A DNA stretch of 63,553 nt, filler included, from Licmophora abbreviata (Eukaryota): NCBI GenBank assembly GCA_900291995.1. It is 8 parts of 8 records of this genome, joined end to end, with 100 filler letters (N's around TTAATTAATTAA, not from the genome) between each part and the next. Parts side by side here need not be neighbours in the genome. Positions count along the whole stretch, not along the records: positions 1 to 20,134 come from OLMU01000052.1; positions 20,235 to 23,839 come from OLMU01000054.1; positions 23,940 to 28,451 come from OLMU01000055.1; 5 more parts are not named here. One strand, 5' to 3'. Shown in pieces: positions 11,578-25,039 of this stretch. Position numbers and translations under genes: made by a program. Positions within the stretch are counted from its first letter, which is position 1; each line of letters opens with the position of its first letter. The notes under the pieces were generated by a model. It was not told the origin of the DNA. It saw nothing but the letters and a program-made list of their open reading frames with translations, and made no database searches.

Positions 11578-14500
11578 ATGGACGACCCAGCCGCGAAACA
11601 AGAGCATCACGGCCATAAGGAAAGAAAAGAAGGCCGGGGTGCGAAGGAAAAGAAGAAGGATAGGCGCGCCAAGAAAGATGGGACTCGAGTCGAACGACAC
11701 AACCAGCGGGCATTTTCGGTATCCAACGTTCGTCGTACCCAACGAACGATACAGCGCAATCTGGATAAGGGGCAACGGAAAGAGTATGTTCCTCTGAAGG
11801 ATAGAAGATCGCAGGATGTCTCTATGGCTCCACCGAGTCTGGTCGTAGTCATGGGTCCTCGTGGGATCGGAAAATCAACGTTAATTCGGTCTTTGGTTAA
11901 AATGTACACGAACCACAACTTGACCACCATTACAGGCCCCATCACGGTCGTGACGGGGAAAAGTCGACGAATCACGTTGTTTGAATGTCCCAATGATACA
12001 GCAGCAATGTTGGATTGTGCAAAGATTGCCGACTTGGTGCTACTGTGTGTTGATGCCAAGTTTGGGTTCGAAATGGAAACATTCGAGTTCCTCAATGTAC
12101 TTCAAACGCACGGTTTTCCAAAAGTCATGGGAGTCTTTACGCATCTTGATCAGTTCAAGACCGCCCAGAATCTACGCAAGACTAAGAAACTATTGAAGCA
12201 TCGCTTCTGGACAGAAATTTACGACGGGGCAAAGATGTTTTACTTGTCAGGTCTCGTCAATGGAAAGTATCTCAAGAATGAAGTCAAGCAGTTGACCTTG
12301 TTCATTTCTAGAGTCAAGGTATGTTGAACTGGATTTCTACGATGAGTATGGGAGGGCGACATGATGATTAAATTTTCTGGTGACTTCTGTCTGAAAAAAA
12401 ATACATTTGAAGACGAATTCCACTCGGACGTGGATTTATGAATGCTCGTTGTGTGTCTTTCTCTGGGGCTGCTTGTGCATGGGTATCTATGCCATCTTCT
12501 AACTGAAAAACGTTCTCCTCTACGCTTTATTCAGTTTCGACCATTAGTGTGGAGGAATACACATCCGTACGTGGTAGTCGATCGACATGAAGACATAACG
12601 CACCCAAACGAGGTCGAGGAGGATCCAACGTGTGCTCGATCTGTGACATTTTACGGCTATGTCCGAGGGACGCATTTGAAGCCCGGTATGAAGGTTCACG
12701 TGATTGGAGTTGGGGACTTCTCTATGGCAGAAGTCAGCGCTCTGCCAGATCCGTGTCCTCTCGCAGACAAGGAGAAAAAGACGGTACGTGGTCGGAGGGG
12801 CGAGGCACACGCGCCGAATGCAAATGCTGCCCGACTGTCCTCATTGTTTTTTTTCTCGTTTTTGTGGCACTGCAGACCCTGAATACAAAAGATTCGCTTT
12901 TGTTTGCACCCTTGTCGAATGTTGGAGCTGTTTCTTTCGACAAGGATGCAGTGTACATTGACATTGGTCATGCGAACTACACGAAGAGAGAGAATCTTGA
13001 AATCACAACCCGTAAAGGTCTCAATGGCGAGGACATCGAGTCGGAAAGAGAAGAGGTTGAACACGATCGCGACGCCCCTGCTGGGCTGCTCAAGAGTCTT
13101 CAGGATGTTAGAGCAGGAGTTGACGAGAAGATGCAGCGCTCGACTCTTCGTCTCTTCAAAGGGAGTACTGCTATGAGGGCGGGATCCGACGATAGCAGTA
13201 TCAGCGATGATGACGACGAAAGTGTCGATAACCCAAACAAGATAGATGGACTAGTTTTCGACGTTAACAAGCTGAAAGGTCCGTTCCAGCGCAGTGCGTT
13301 GCCAGTTGGAGACGATGAGAGCCACAGCGAACACGATTCCTCTGACGCAGAAAGCACGACGAAGTCCGACGATTCGAGCGATGATGGATCGGACGATGAC
13401 AGTGAGATGGACAACCGCGATCTCGATGCCAGCGAGGCCAACGAGCTGGATCTCGATCCGAGCGGAGATGTCGTGGCACTGTGGAAACGAAATCTTGCTG
13501 AGCGTGCTGCTCAATCCTACATACTGCGCGACATGGCAAATGTCAATCTACAGGAATTGATCTATGGTAAGAGCAATGCTAGCTCCATCATCGACGAAGA
13601 AGGGAACCAGGACAATGATGGATCTGATGAATCGGACGATGAGTTCTTCAAAGTGCGAAAGTCTCAGTCAGATGCTGCTGGTCGGCAGAGCACGCATGGA
13701 CAACGGGAGGCGACAGGGCTCGGCGAAGACGACTCGTCTCGGGCACTGGTAGAAGACCACATACGTGTTGGTTTCGACGTCAGGCCTTGGCTAGACGAAG
13801 GTGACGATAGTTTGCTAGAGTCACTGCGTGACAAGTTCGTTACTGGAAAATGGGACAATAACAAGAACGAAGATGAAGAGATGCTCGGTGACTTTGAAGA
13901 TCTAGAGACAGGAGAAGCATACGGTCGATCGCCTGATCAGGATGGCTCCGACGATGATGACATGAGTGCTGACAGTGTCCCACTCGAGGGCAGGACAGAA
14001 AGCGAGATCCGCGCTTACCATGCTGAGAAGAAGGCGAATCAGAAGTCCAACTTTGACGAGGAGTACGATGAAGAGAAGAAGGTTGTTGGTGCCAACTCGG
14101 CCGACCCCGAAGCCGAAAACGAGTATCTCGATACGTTGAAGCGGGAAAAAGAGGACCGTCTTAAGAGGAACGCAGAGGAATTCGGGGAAGAAGGCGAGCG
14201 ATCCCGGTTGAGACACGAGGGTTTTCGTCAAGGGATTTACTGCCGTATTCGTATTGATGGAGTCCCATGTGAATTCGTCAACTCGTACGACCCACACAAT
14301 CCACTGGTGATTGGAGGACTTACTCCGCAAGAAGCAAATCTTGGTCTGATACGGTGTCGGTTTAAGAAACATCGTTGGCATAAGCGTATTCTCAAGTGCA
14401 ATGATCCGCTGGTCTTTAGCATGGGCTGGCGTCGATTCCAAAGTATACCGGTCTTCTCTACCGAGGAACAAAATAGTCGGCACAGGTACAAACGCGTAAC

Positions 14501-15503
14501 TATCGCTTCTGGCGGCCAGGTTGCGTTTTCCTGTTCTTACCATGTGCCCACGCCTCTTTGTTTTTTGATCAGGTATCTCAAGTACACCCCAGAACACATG
14601 CATTGCCATGCTACCTTTTATGGTCCGCAGGTGCCTCCCAATACGGGTATCCTGGCTATTCAAAGGATGACGGGTAACGTGTCTGGATTCCGCATTGCAG
14701 CTACAGGAGTATCACTTGAGCTCGATGCTTCATTCAACGTCGTGAAGAAACTCAAGCTAGTTGGTACACCGACCAAGATTTACCGAAATACTGCTTTTGT
14801 CACGGGCATGTTCAATAGTGACTTGGAAGTGAGCCGTTTCGAAGGTGCTAGTATCAAGACCGTCAGCGGTATTCGTGGCCAGGTGAAGAAGGCTCTACGC
14901 GAAGGCCAGCCAGGGACATTTCGTGCCACATTCGAGGACAAAATCCTCATGAGCGACATTGTCTTTTGCCGTACTTGGATGCCGGTCGACATCAAAAAGT
15001 ACTACAACCCGGTCACAAATCATTTGGTGAACGGAACTGAGGAGTGGCGAGGTGCCAAGCCCAAGGCCCAATTGCAAATTGAGACGGATACGCCTATTGA
15101 TGTCAAGCCCGACTCAATCTACAAGCCGATCGATCGTCCGGATCGCAAGTTCAGAAAATTGACGATTCCAAAGCGACTTGAAGAGGCGCTACCATATGCC
15201 AGCAAACCCAAGAACGACGTCAGACGAAAGAGGAAGGGTTACGTAGTCAAGCGTGCTGTCGTAATGGAGGCCGACGAGCGAAAGAAGCTCACCTTCGTCC
15301 AAGCGCTCAACTCGATTCGCAACGAGAAGGTCGCCATTCGTCGTGCCAAGAATGCTGAACAAATTGCCGAAAAGATCAAGAAGAACTCCAAGAAGGACGA
15401 GGCAATGGATGAGGCCCGCAAGGCCATCAAGAAACGTCAATATCGAAGTGCAGGGAAGCGAGAAGCTGTGCGTGAGAGAAAGCTAGCTCGTACTGGTGCC
15501 TAG
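11578..15503 (+). CDS. BMS1: ribosome biogenesis GTPase BMS1; introns 12319-12534, 12784-12875, 14486-14572
   Basis: [77 protein letters not shown]. Confidence 0.97.
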
Positions 15504-15568
15504 CTAGAGAGTTAGCTGGTTGCCTACGGTTGTTATACGACCTTCGACGGCCCAAACATTTTAAATCT

Positions 15569-17014
15569 CTAGAGTTCAACCTTGGTCATGTCTTGTTCGC
15601 TCATCACACCGCCTCGTTTTGAATAGGCTTCATAATCGCTTATTCGTTGTACAATGAGCTCTGACGACCCGCCGCTCCCAATCTCATTCACCATTTGAAC
15701 CCCTCGGTAGGGCAGCTGTGGCTTCGCTCGCCATCGCCGTCGCATTTCAATGTGCAGCTCCATGGCACTCAACAGCAGCTCGCTGGGTCCTTCGAACGCC
15801 AGCGAGTTATCCCGTTCTTGCTTGGTTCCATTCTTGGACTTGTCCTCACCCAACCGCCCAGCCTTACCAACACGTCGATAGTTCTTGTTGGGTAAGTGCA
15901 GTACTGTCAACATGCCAAACCTGTCCATGGGAATGACTTGTTGTACATTACAATGTCTAGTTCCATATAACATTTGTGAACTCATCCACACACGCTGCGT
16001 CCCTTCAGAGTGCTGCGACGGCTTGTTCTTCAGTCCTGGTCGATCTCGCACCACATCAAACTGACACCCCGGGCGCTCCTTCCACGCCTGCAGCAACTCT
16101 CTCGTGGCAATATACATGCCCTGATGATGATTCAACATGTGAACATAGTGTTGCGAAAGTGGCTCTTGCGGCACCGCATCGACCGATTTCGGAATCGACG
16201 GCTTCCATACGTGCTCCCAATACACGCGCGTGACGTTCTGCGTCACGTGCCGGGACTTGTCGTCAATCACAATGTCGGGAGGATAATTGTATTCGTATCG
16301 TGCAATGCCAACATTGAAATCCGAAGCTCTTCCGGCCCCCACCAACCGTTTGACGCGCTCGGTCTCGAAGAGATAGGCAGAAATGGTCGTGGGCGTGACA
16401 CGAATGTCATCTTCGGAATAGACAAAGACGTCGTAGTCGTCAAGGTGGTTATAGAATAGCTCTCGGTGAAAGTCAACTAGATGGAGACGGACGCGCTTGT
16501 CTTTGAGGATGATCTTGAGAGAGAATCGGCCCTCTGGATTGGTGCAGGACAATCGACTGTTGAGTAGATCAATCAGTGCAATGGGGTAGGCGACGGTCGA
16601 ATGAATCACTACGTCGACCAGGGATCCGGCGGCACAGAGTGTCTGATAGGAGTCCAGCACTTCTTCGAGATGGGGCAGTTGCGAAAAGTCGAAGGCAGCG
16701 ATCGCCACCAGTATCCTGAGTCCGACCAGTGACGATGATGATAATGACCGAACATGCGGATGGTGTAAAGTGTTGTCATCACCATCACGTGATATTGAGG
16801 ATGGTATGGAGACGCCTTCCAGTGTATTTGACAGTATCAGCGGCGAGGTTTCTATACTTTCGATACGTACATATGTCATGAACACACTGCACAGGATACA
16901 TCCTAGCACAAATGAGGCTAGCATCGGCAACAGAAGCGATGGCAGCTGCTGAGGGGCAGTAGACCGCCGGTCTCGTATTGATGATGATGACCTCGATTCT
17001 GAATTTGATCTCAT
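15569..17014 (-). CDS. type II membrane protein, putative GT-A-like glycosyltransferase (paralog A)
   Basis: N-terminal TM anchor and YDVFVYSEDDI (DxD-like motif); intronless; near-identical core to 22559-23839. Function is inferred. Confidence 0.6.
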   Translation of the reverse strand: MRSNSESRSSSSIRDRRSTAPQQLPSLLLPMLASFVLGCILCSVFMTYVRIESIETSPLILSNTLEGVSIPSSISRDGDDNTLHHPHVRSLSSSSLVGLRILVAIAAFDFSQLPHLEEVLDSYQTLCAAGSLVDVVIHSTVAYPIALIDLLNSRLSCTNPEGRFSLKIILKDKRVRLHLVDFHRELFYNHLDDYDVFVYSEDDIRVTPTTISAYLFETERVKRLVGAGRASDFNVGIARYEYNYPPDIVIDDKSRHVTQNVTRVYWEHVWKPSIPKSVDAVPQEPLSQHYVHMLNHHQGMYIATRELLQAWKERPGCQFDVVRDRPGLKNKPSQHSEGTQRVWMSSQMLYGTRHCNVQQVIPMDRFGMLTVLHLPNKNYRRVGKAGRLGEDKSKNGTKQERDNSLAFEGPSELLLSAMELHIEMRRRWRAKPQLPYRGVQMVNEIGSGGSSELIVQRISDYEAYSKRGGVMSEQDMTKVEL

Positions 17015-17371
17015 TTCAGCTCAATTCAAAGCTCATGATTCGCCGTCAGTATCCATTTCAGAGTTGCTGACTTGCAGGGAATGAAGCAGGACCCACAGAA
17101 GTCGAGAAACGGGACAGTGACCGCACCAAAGTACATCGTCATTGTCTTTCGTCAACCATGTTCAAATGTCCTTTTTCGAGCTCCATATTTCAATGTGGTG
17201 TGTGGTACTTCCTGTTAGAGCTCGCAACTCAAAAAAGATCTCTACGGGAGAATGACAGACACCATATCTTTCATCGTACTCTTTAGCATACAAATTCAAA
17301 GAGTGCCGACTGCCGGATTCTACCCGGAAGAGTTTCGTTCATCACAAAACCCGTCACAGCATATCATCATC

Positions 17372-18208
17372 ATGGCATCTTCAATCGGCAGCAAACTTCT
17401 TCTTACCAACAGCAGCACGGCTCTCCGTGCCGCCACACACCTGAACTCGTCGAAACTTCCATCCGAATTGGTGAAATCGAGTGCGGCCTTGCTGTCTTCG
17501 GCGCCGTCGGGTGGAAAACATTCTCTTCCGGATCTTGCGTACGATTACAGCGCTCTGGAACGTACGTAGTTTGTATAGTAGTAACGAGTGTGCCTCTCCT
17601 CGACTGTCTCTAAGACAGTTCCTTTCTTTTGCCTCTCTTTCACTTTAGCCGTCATTTCGGCAGAAACGATGGAGCTGCACCACTCGAAGCATCACAACAC
17701 GTACGTGACGAACCTCAACGCCGCGTTCGAAAAGCTGGACGCTGCGGTCGGCGCCGGAGACGTGTCCACTGTGATTGGACTGCAGGGTGCATTGAAATTC
17801 AACGGTGGAGGACATGTGAACCATACGTTGTTTTGGGAAAACTTGGCTCCGTCGTCGAGCAGTGATGGTTCTGCCCCGAGCAGCGGACCGCTCAAGGACT
17901 TGATTGATCAGTGCTACGGTAGTGTCGATGCCATGAAAGAGGATGTCAGTGCCAAGACGATTGCCATTCAAGGAAGTGGATGGGGATGGCTTGGATACAA
18001 TCCTTCGACTGGCAGGATCGAGACTATGACCTGTCCCAATCAGGATCCGTTGCATGCCACCACAGGTCTAGTCCCTTTGCTTGGCATTGATGTGTGGGAG
18101 CATGCGTATTATGTCGATTACCGAAATGTGCGGCCCAGCTATGTCAAGGCGATCTGGGACATTGTCAACTGGGACGTGGTAGAGAACCGTCTTGTTGCGG
18201 CCAAGTAG
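17372..18208 (+). CDS. SOD2: Mn superoxide dismutase, probably mitochondrial; intron 17562-17648
   Basis: [18 protein letters not shown]...[34 protein letters not shown]; Ser/Lys/Arg-rich presequence. Confidence 0.95.
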
Positions 18209-18286
18209 AAAAGGAGAGACGTGGACAACAACGACGGAGAAGCGTTCTGTAAGTACATAAGTTCTTTACGCCAGATAGTTATTTGT

Positions 18287-18879
18287 CTACTCCAGGAGGC
18301 TTCGTCGTCTGATCTCGCCAAGAGACTCCATTAACTCATGTCGATGAATCCGATCGTCTCCTTCACGATCCAAGATATTGTGGAGCTCTTGCACGACGCG
18401 CTTCATGTTGACATGCGACGGTCGCGTCCCCAAGACTTCTAGAGCCTCTTTCCGCATGACGCTCAGCTCTTCTTGCGTGCACACGTGGCCGAGCATGTCG
18501 ATAGCGACAAACTGCACGACCATTATTTAGCACAGTTGCGTCGTCCAGTTCCCGCATATTGGTGTTGAGCCAGACAAAGTCGCTCGTTCGAATGTGGGCG
18601 GCAAGGGCATCCATTGGCATGTCCGTTTCATGATTCCCAAAGCACACGTGCGTAAATCCACAGACTGTCATTATGTCCATCATGCTGCGTCACTTATCCA
18701 AAGAACAGAGCAAGGAGGGAGAGAGGAATTCACCGGCCAAGACGACGAGTGTCTTGTCTGCTTCTGTTCCGGATGCACTCACTTTGAAACTCATGCATGA
18801 GGGTCTTGAGATTTGGAAAGTTGTCGAGCTCGTAGACGTCATTGACTTGAAAGACATGAAGCCACACGGACTCGGTCAT
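18287..18879 (-). pseudogene. degraded 5'-nucleotidase/metallophosphoesterase + EF-hand gene
   Basis: VFQVNDVYELDNFP, then a frameshift, then LAGEFLSPSLLCSLDK*RS (TGA at 18692-18690; GDF changed to GEF), FGNHE, then a jump to a C-terminal piece with a degenerate EF-hand (DREGDDRIHRHE). Confidence 0.7.
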
Positions 18880-19251
18880 GATATGGGTAGGTAGCAGTGT
18901 CCTGCGGCTCGAGAGTAGACGAGGACGGCGTAATTGTAGTCCTCGTTTTCGTCACCCGCTCCTCGTGCTGGCCAATGCCGCCGTCGGCCATCGGGGGTTC
19001 TGAAAAAATCTTACAAAATGGAAGATTCGGGGGTCGAATCTTTTCGCTTCGGCAAGCCAAAATCCAAAAATTCAAAATTGGTGCCAATTTTGTGATTGGA
19101 GGATTCGACGACGACAACGAGAGACACGCGATGACTCATCACTCGGCGACGGCGTTCACAATAAAATTAGCTCTTTGGCCTCACGACGACTCATTAGGGA
19201 ACACTGCAAATTGTTAATCGGGAGTCAAATATGAATTTTGGAAAGAAGAAC

Positions 19252-20134
19252 ATGTCGTTTGTCCGGCTACTCGCGGTGTTGTTGTCGCTGACTACGTGCA
19301 TAAGTCAACCTGTCGCTGCCCTGGCTGCGTCAAGTACAACGACGAGGGCCGCGGCTGCGCCAGAGACGCCAACCGCGCCGCTGCCTGTTGTCAACAAGGT
19401 GGCTGTGGCGGGTGCAACGGGACGAACGGGTCGTTTTGTCGTGGAAGAACTCTTAAAGCGTGATGTATCCGTGGTGGCGATGGTGCGAGACATGAAAAAA
19501 GCCGAGGAGGTATTTGAGACACCGTTCCCAGCAAACTTAGCGGTCACGAAGGTAGATCTCACGGTTGAGGAAGACATAGATCAAGGTGCGGTTCGCAACG
19601 TCGTGATGCTGTCCAAGGTTTGTGAATTCTAAACCGATTCTCACGGCCCTTTCATTCGCTCTGCGTCTATCAGCTGTTGCGGACTGCGACGCCGCCATTT
19701 GGTGCGCGACGGGATTTTCGGACGCTCCTGGGTCGTCGTTGGTGAAAAAAGTCAAAAAGTTGATTGGAATAGCCGTAGCACCCAAGAAATCCATTGACGC
19801 CGTGGGCATCCCATCTCTGGCAAACTCGTTTTCGGCGAAGGAGAATAAGAGAAAGTGTCCCAAAGTAGTCATGATGAGCTCGGCGGGAGTGACACGACCC
19901 TCGTGGGACGATGAAAAGAAGAGTATGTTCCCCGGGAGTGCTGACATACCGATTGTGCGGTTGAATCCATTTGGTATTCTCGATATCAAGGCAGAGAGCG
20001 AGGAGAAACTGCGTCAGAGTGGTATGTAGCTATCAAGGCGCTATCGCCTTCCCACTACGTTCACTCTGTGTGGGTCCGTGTGTCTCAAAATATATTTCTT
20101 GCCGTGAAATCGTTCAAAATTAGGAACGGACTAT
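19252..20134 (+). CDS. NAD(P)-binding Rossmann protein (atypical SDR, NmrA/TIC62-like) with signal peptide; introns 19586-19673, 20022-20123; cut by gap
   Basis: KVAVAGATGRTGRFVVEEL, AAIWCATG, VVMMSSAGVTRP, KAESEEKLRQSG|TDY. Confidence 0.85.
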
Positions 20135-20234
20135 NNNNNNNNNNNNNNNNNNNNNNNNNNNNNNNNNNNNNNNNNNNNTTAATTAATTAANNNNNNNNNN
20201 NNNNNNNNNNNNNNNNNNNNNNNNNNNNNNNNNN
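20135..20234. other. assembly gap (100 nt, N-TTAATTAATTAA-N spacer); identical gaps at 23840, 28452, 33424, 36272, 39730, 40973
   Basis: Runs of N with a six-frame-stop linker in the middle. Confidence 0.99.
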
Positions 20235-20395
20235 CCCGAAAAAGCGTCTCATCTTCAACTTGAAGTTGAGGCGGCATTTTCAAATTTGACGCGATGAACT
20301 CTTTTGAAAATGTTATCGAGAAAAACTTTGTTCTGTTCCATGGATGCTTGATATGAAGCTAGGTTGACTCTGAGATCAGAAACGCGTGAGAGTCC

Positions 20396-22010
20396 ATGTC
20401 GGCCACTGCTGCAGCTTCTTCGGCTGCTCGTGTCGCTGTGCGCGGTGCCAAGCATTGGCCACATAACAGTCCTGCCTTGACGGTGAGTACGACGGGACTT
20501 ATGAGTCTGTGAGTGACCCGACCTACATCGACATAGTGATCATGATTCCACCGTCACACAAATCACCAGAAAGCAGACGCTCATTCATAGCCCCGCTCCT
20601 TGCCCGTTTAGAAAGTAGTGGAGAACAATGCTCCGATTGAAATTTCGCCAGATCATGACTTGCCCATGGGATCGTGGTCGTCGGAACAGATTCGCGACGC
20701 CGTTACCGACCATGTCATGCTCACTTGGGCCCCTGGTAAGGCACGCCATAGCACTCCCATCATTTCTCATGGCGAGGGTGTGTACTTGTTTGACGACCGG
20801 GGGAACAAGTTTCTCGACTGGACGTCGCAAGCCGTCTGCTCCAATGTCGGATACACGGTTCCACCAGAAGTGCTTGAGGCGACCCAGAAGCAAATGACAG
20901 ACCTTCCTTTCGTTTACGGAGGCTTGGGTATGACAGAGATCCGCGCTCGGCTGAGCAAGCTCGTAAGCGAGATTCTGCCAGGAGATCTGCAGGGTATGGT
21001 ATTTCCGTCGTCTGGTAGTGAAGCGAACGAGGCTGCTATAATGATGGCTCGACGATACACAGGCAAGTATAAGGTGATCAATTGGTATCGGAGCTATCAC
21101 GGTGGAACTACCAACAGCCAGCAGGCGACGGGAGACTTTCGCAGATGGTTCGGTGGAGACCACGTCCCAGGCTTTGTCAAGGCGTTCAACCCGTACCCAC
21201 TATTTTTTGATCTTGCGGGAGACACGGAGGAAGATCGCACACGGATGGCTCTCAATATGTTGGAAGAGCAAATCCTGAACGAAGGGCCCGACACCATTGC
21301 TATGGTTCAGTTTGAGAGTGTTGTGGGAGGGGGTGGTGTAATTATTCCTCCTGAAGGATACATGCAGGGAGTGCGTGCTCTGTGCGACAAGTATGAGATT
21401 CTCATGCACTGCGATGAGGTAATGGTGGGCTTTGGTAGAACGGGCAAGATGTTTGGTTTTCAAAATTACCAAGGCGTCATTCCTGACATTGTGACTGCTG
21501 CCAAAGGAATCACTTCTGGAACACTGCCTCTTTCTATGTGTGCGACGCGAAAGCACATCATGGAAGCGTTCGAAGAGAAGCCGCTTGGGTGGGGAAGTAC
21601 ATATGCATCTCACCCTGTGGCCATGGCGTGTGCCTACGAGAATGTAAAGTACTTGCTGAAGAACGATGTGATCGGACACGTCCAAAGGTTGGAACCTGTC
21701 TTTGAGAATGCGATGAAGACTATTAGTGAGAACCACCCTTCCATCAAGCAGTATCGTCATGTTGGCATGTTTGGTTGTTTTGACGCGCACCTTCCGGATG
21801 GCTCCAACCCACAACTGCAGCACACGGCGGTCGATAAAGCCTTTGTGGCTTACAAGAAGGCGTACACCGAGAACGGTTTACTTGGACTCCTGCGCCCTCC
21901 CCACCTTCACGTGGCCCCCCCCTCTCGTGATCACTGAGGATGAATTGTTGGATGGGTTCGAGCGACAGGACAAGGCACTGTATACGCTAGACGAGGCACT
22001 CGGCTTCTAA
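20396..22010 (+). CDS. class III PLP aminotransferase (omega-amino acid/taurine-pyruvate-like), probable mitochondrial presequence; intron 20483-20611; apparent frameshift in C-run 21915-21922
   Basis: SGSEANEAA, SYHGGT, DEVMVGFGRTG, PDIVTAAKGITSG, GSTYASHP; C-terminus VAPPLVITEDEL is recovered by removing one C. Confidence 0.9.
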
Positions 22011-22558
22011 GATCTCTAAGAGGTGAAGCACATGAAGAGCAATGCGACTAGATAACTTCTTCGCACGATCACTTCTCTCCAGCATTAAGACTAGACCCCC
22101 AGTACTGTTGATTCCCTCTACTTACCACGAGCAAAAAAAAGAGTACACAGCGGTACACGACCGGGTTATCTGATTAGGGAGACCCGATACAACTGGTAGT
22201 ACTTGCACGACCCCACCAATCCGGTTCATTTTGAGGTGCCGTCTGGGTAGTGAAAGCTAGGTCGGAACGAACGCCTTCGCTAGTCCGTTCGCCGTCAATG
22301 CTAATATGATATGGTGTTGCCGTGTTGGCAATTTGTGAGCTTGGATTTGGGGGCGCTCACACGGCGTCGACTGACTCGACTGGACTCTACGATGAGTTGA
22401 GTCTTGATCGTCGCACATCTCATCGCATCACATTCATCACAGTCATTGTGGTGTCGTCCTCGCCGTCGCGATCTTGTGGCTCATTGTTTGCATCAGTGCG
22501 TTTTCTCTTCACCACTCTCTCGCCTGTGATCTATTGTAGCAGCCTGGTGTCGGAAGTT

Positions 22559-23839
22559 ATGCCTTCGCTAAGAGAGAGACCAAGAAGAACGGAAGGAAAA
22601 GGCCCATTCCGGCAAATAGTGACCCTAGTCGTTGGCTTCCTGCTGGGTTGCCTCGCCTGCACCACTGTGTTCTTGAATGTGCACTTTGCCCCGTCGTCCG
22701 TGACTACGGGTCCATTGCCGGCGTCCCTGTATACCTCGGGGATACATCCAACTATGGAAGACCGACAAGCTCAGTCTATCGGACGAGATGAACAGGTCGA
22801 TGCATCGTCGTCTTCGGTCATGGACGGACTCCGGATGCTCGTGGCGATCGCCGCCTTCGACTTTGCGCAGTTGCCTCATCTCGAAGAAGTTTTGGATTCT
22901 TATCTGGACATGTGTGCTGCGGGTGCACAAGTTGACGTGTACATTCACTCCACTGTGGCCTACCCTGTCTCGTTGATTGATTTGCTCAACAGTCGGTTGC
23001 AATGTACCAATCCATCTCCTCAATCCGGCTTTTCCGTTACCATTATTCTGAAGAGTCCGTCAGTACGGTTGCATCTGGTTGACTATCACCGTACGCTCTT
23101 TTACGAGAATCTTGACAAGTATGACGTCTTTGTCTTTAGCGAAGACGACATCCGTGTCACACCCAAGACGATTGCTTCCTACCTATTTGAAACCGAACGT
23201 GTCAAACAGCTAGTGGGCGAAGAGCATGCCTCTGATTTCAATGTTGGCATAGCAAGATACGAGTACAATTATCCACCCGATGTTGTCATTGATGACAAAA
23301 CACGGCATGTGACACAGAACGTGACCCGCGTGTATTGGGAGCATAGCTGGAAGCCGCCAATCCCCAAGTCCGTCGATGCCGTCCCGCAACAACCGCTTTC
23401 AAAACACTACGTGCACATGGTGAACCATCATCAAGGAATGTTTATCGCGACGCGAGAGTTATTGCAAGCATGGAAAGAGAGACCGGGCTGCAAGTTTGAT
23501 GTAGTGCGAGATCGGCCAGGCCTCAAGAACAAGCCATCACAGCCATCGGAAGGGACACAGCGAGTCTGGATGAGCTCGCAAATGCTGTACGGGAACCGAC
23601 ATTGCGGTGTCCAACAAGTTATTCCGATGGATAAGTTTGGATCTCTTACGGTGCTGCACTTGCCCAATAAGAACTATCGACGTGTTGGCAAGAAGGGTCG
23701 ATTGGGAGGCTTCAATGCGCCAAATAGCACTCAAGCGCAATTTGCCGACGGAACGGAACAATTTGAAGGGCCAAGTACTCAGCTTCTTACGGCAATGGAG
23801 CTACATATAGAGATGCGAAAACAATGGCCACTGGAGCCA
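22559..23839 (+). CDS. type II membrane protein, putative GT-A-like glycosyltransferase (paralog B), cut by gap
   Basis: TM anchor and YDVFVFSEDDI; long blocks identical to the 15569-17014 product. Confidence 0.6.
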
Positions 23840-23939
23840 NNNNNNNNNNNNNNNNNNNNNNNNNNNNNNNNNNNNNNNNNNNNTTAATTAATTAANNNNN
23901 NNNNNNNNNNNNNNNNNNNNNNNNNNNNNNNNNNNNNNN

Positions 23940-24803
<864 letters not shown>

Positions 24804-25039
24804 ATGGAATATAGTTGGAGCTATGTGTGTGGTTGACAACGGCGAGGTCTTGACCAGGAAAGTGATACGATCGGGGCTAGGGCCTGGCCAGTGTGGTCGA
24901 GTATTTCGCCCTGGCGAGAATGTGACTTTTCTTTTACTACCGAAGAGAGTAGCTTACTTAGAAGTTGTGTTACCAAAGGTTTTTCTAGAGGCTGCGGATG
25001 TCGTCCTACCGGTACTGTCCTTCAGCACATTCTACTTCA

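Noticed and set aside
18690..18692. In-frame TGA in the nucleotidase-like sequence as a second Sec codon
   Set aside because: It aligns to a Gly position (LDKGR), not Cys, and is accompanied by other inactivating lesions.
20179..20190. Recurring palindrome TTAATTAATTAA (7 copies in the window)
   Set aside because: Always centred in 100-nt N gaps; an artificial six-frame-stop linker.
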